Of a stretch of 64,000 bases of DNA, positions 62,227 to 64,000 are shown one piece after another. Source of the DNA: Folioceros fuciformis (lineage: Eukaryota); assembly GCA_049999805.1 (NCBI GenBank), contig JBNGIO010005951.1, positions 132,700-196,699 of the forward strand, read 5' to 3'. A model generated the notes under the pieces. That model did not search any database, was not told the DNA's origin, and saw only the letters and a list, made by a program, of their open reading frames with translations. The position numbers were made by a program, and so were the translations under genes. The stretch's first letter is position 1; every line of letters starts with the position of its first letter.

Positions 62227-62701
62227 AGCGGGGACAAGAATGGGCGACGAGAATGGTAGGCCAAAGGAACAAAAGTGGGGAGGCAACGGCCCCGTCTCAA
62301 TCCCTAGTACCTACTCGGAGTCCCTGGGGCATGTAGCTTTCTTTCGCTTCTTCGCATGATAATGGACTACTATCATTAAGGCACGCAGGTTTAGTGGACT
62401 GCATTAGTCTTAATTCTCTCTTGTGCCTTGGTGTGTTCACAACCGGTCCTTCAACTTGAGCACATGCTGACTATCGTGCGTGCCGCAGCACGAGAGCTAT
62501 CTGCAAGGCAGATGAACGTAGAGGAAGTGGGACTGAGGGAACCGGCACATAGCTGCAGTGTCAAGTCCTTAAATTGACCTCGATACAATTCTAACATGTT
62601 CGTTACAGATGATGTGTACAGCGAATGGCAACAATCGAATGTCTCTATCTGGATCGAATGACGCTGCTAGCTGGCAGCTACGTACACATTCTGTTCGAGG
62701 C

Positions 62702-64000
62702 TCAGGTTCGTGTCACCATGCCCAACATCTCCAAAGCTGCCCGAGGTTGATCCGCAGGAAGCTGGACGACACACAGCACAACCAAAACAGCAACGTTACC
62801 AGATGCATCTGATGTTCACGGGCACTGGTTATGGTCGTATGACTTGTGAACACACCAAATGTCCGGCGTTGAGAATCCAATAGAATGCCAGATTCCGGTA
62901 CTGCTTCACAAATCCAACAGTCGACTGTTCTCCGAAGTACAAGGGTTTTCGCCTGGCCGCATTGAAGTGTGCCAGGCCCCGCCACCTGAAGAAAGAATTA
63001 TCACGTACGGTGGGGGCTTGTCAGAAGGTCCCCTTTGTCAACTGCTTTTGGCACCTTTTAAGAACTCCACCTCTGTGCAAGCATCCCAGGAAATCGTCTC
63101 GTCCCTTACTTGAGCTTCTGAACCCAGGCTTCTGTTCCGGGAGTAGCGCAAATGAGGTCCAGCTATCATCCGAGACACCATTTCCCCACACATCAGTCTC
63201 AGGTGCTGACGTTCATGGAGCATCATGTGGACTAGAGTCTTCGAAGGCTTGCAGATAACACTACGTTGTATCTGGATACAAGGTACTGTATTTGGATGGT
63301 GCTAACCTGGCCATTGTAAACGGTGACATTGACGCCGAACTCCAGCAGTGCGGTTACCTGCAGGTTATGTACAAACAGGTTTGAACAGCCGGTGGGATGA
63401 ACGGGCCTCGAAAGTGAGAGGAAATGCTAGCCCTTCCAACGGAGGCGAACGAGATAGAGTTACCTGTGCAATGGTGTCTTGCATGAAGTCTCCGGCAAGG
63501 GCAGCAAAAACCACATCGGAGGATGTCACCCACCTGCTCAGAGACCGGAAATTGTGTGAAGCCACAAGCGCGCACAGGTCTGGCAGCAGACACTCGTGAC
63601 TGTAGCAGGATACAAGAAAAGTCTAGACCATACTCACGTCCAGTTGGCAGGAACGATACCAAGTTTTTGTCTGATTGGCCCATTCATGAGCTCCTCCAAC
63701 AGGCCGTCTACATCAGAATCATGTGTTTGGAACTGCAGTGCCCGATTGCGCAGGTAAGGGGCAGGGGCAGGGGCAGCGGTAGTCCCAGTACCAGTCTGGC
63801 CAACAAACGCCTGTTGACCACCCTGCGGTGATGCGTTTGCCAAATCGGGAGCCAGAATGTTGTAAAAATTCTGCGGCACATGAATCACATCCTCATGAGT
63901 CCGGTTGAGAATTACAAGAGTCCTGGCCCAGTCTCACAAGGTCTCCGAAGCCATGCTACTGCTCTTGTTTCCACCCACCACGCCGTTGGAGACTTGGAGA
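62702..64000 (-). CDS. Serine carboxypeptidase-like (SCPL51/SCPEP1 type), 3' part only
   Basis: LMNGPIRQKLGIVP, GDFMQ, GVNVTVYNGQ|LDLICAT (catalytic Asp), FYWILNAGHL|LPADQP (catalytic His). Stop at 62702. Confidence 0.93.

Overview
Nuclear DNA of a gene-dense, non-seed land plant. Short GT-AG introns, TTTAGGG-type repeats, an ALDH21 relic and a WW-type PLS-PPR fit a hornwort best; this is an inference, not a proof. The most striking feature is a giant gene of at least ~4,160 aa, mostly one 10.9-kb exon. It encodes about 30 filamin/Ig-like repeats, a polycystin/REJ-like region and a short hydrophobic C-terminal tail, making it a candidate cell-surface or gamete adhesin. Conserved genes: LIP5/VTA1, an ICU11/CP2-like 2OG dioxygenase, PP4R3/SMEK, an intronless PLS-E PPR, NXD1, CREG, organellar RPL19, two alpha/beta-hydrolases and the 3' part of an SCPL51-like carboxypeptidase. 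Accessory DNA: a decayed CRE-clade non-LTR retrotransposon next to a telomere-motif minisatellite (1-3.5 kb), and a 43-57 kb block bracketed by two convergent paralogous orphan genes. That block also holds a CRE endonuclease fragment, an ALDH21 pseudogene and a MULE transposase relic. All family assignments come from motif recognition by eye, with no database search.
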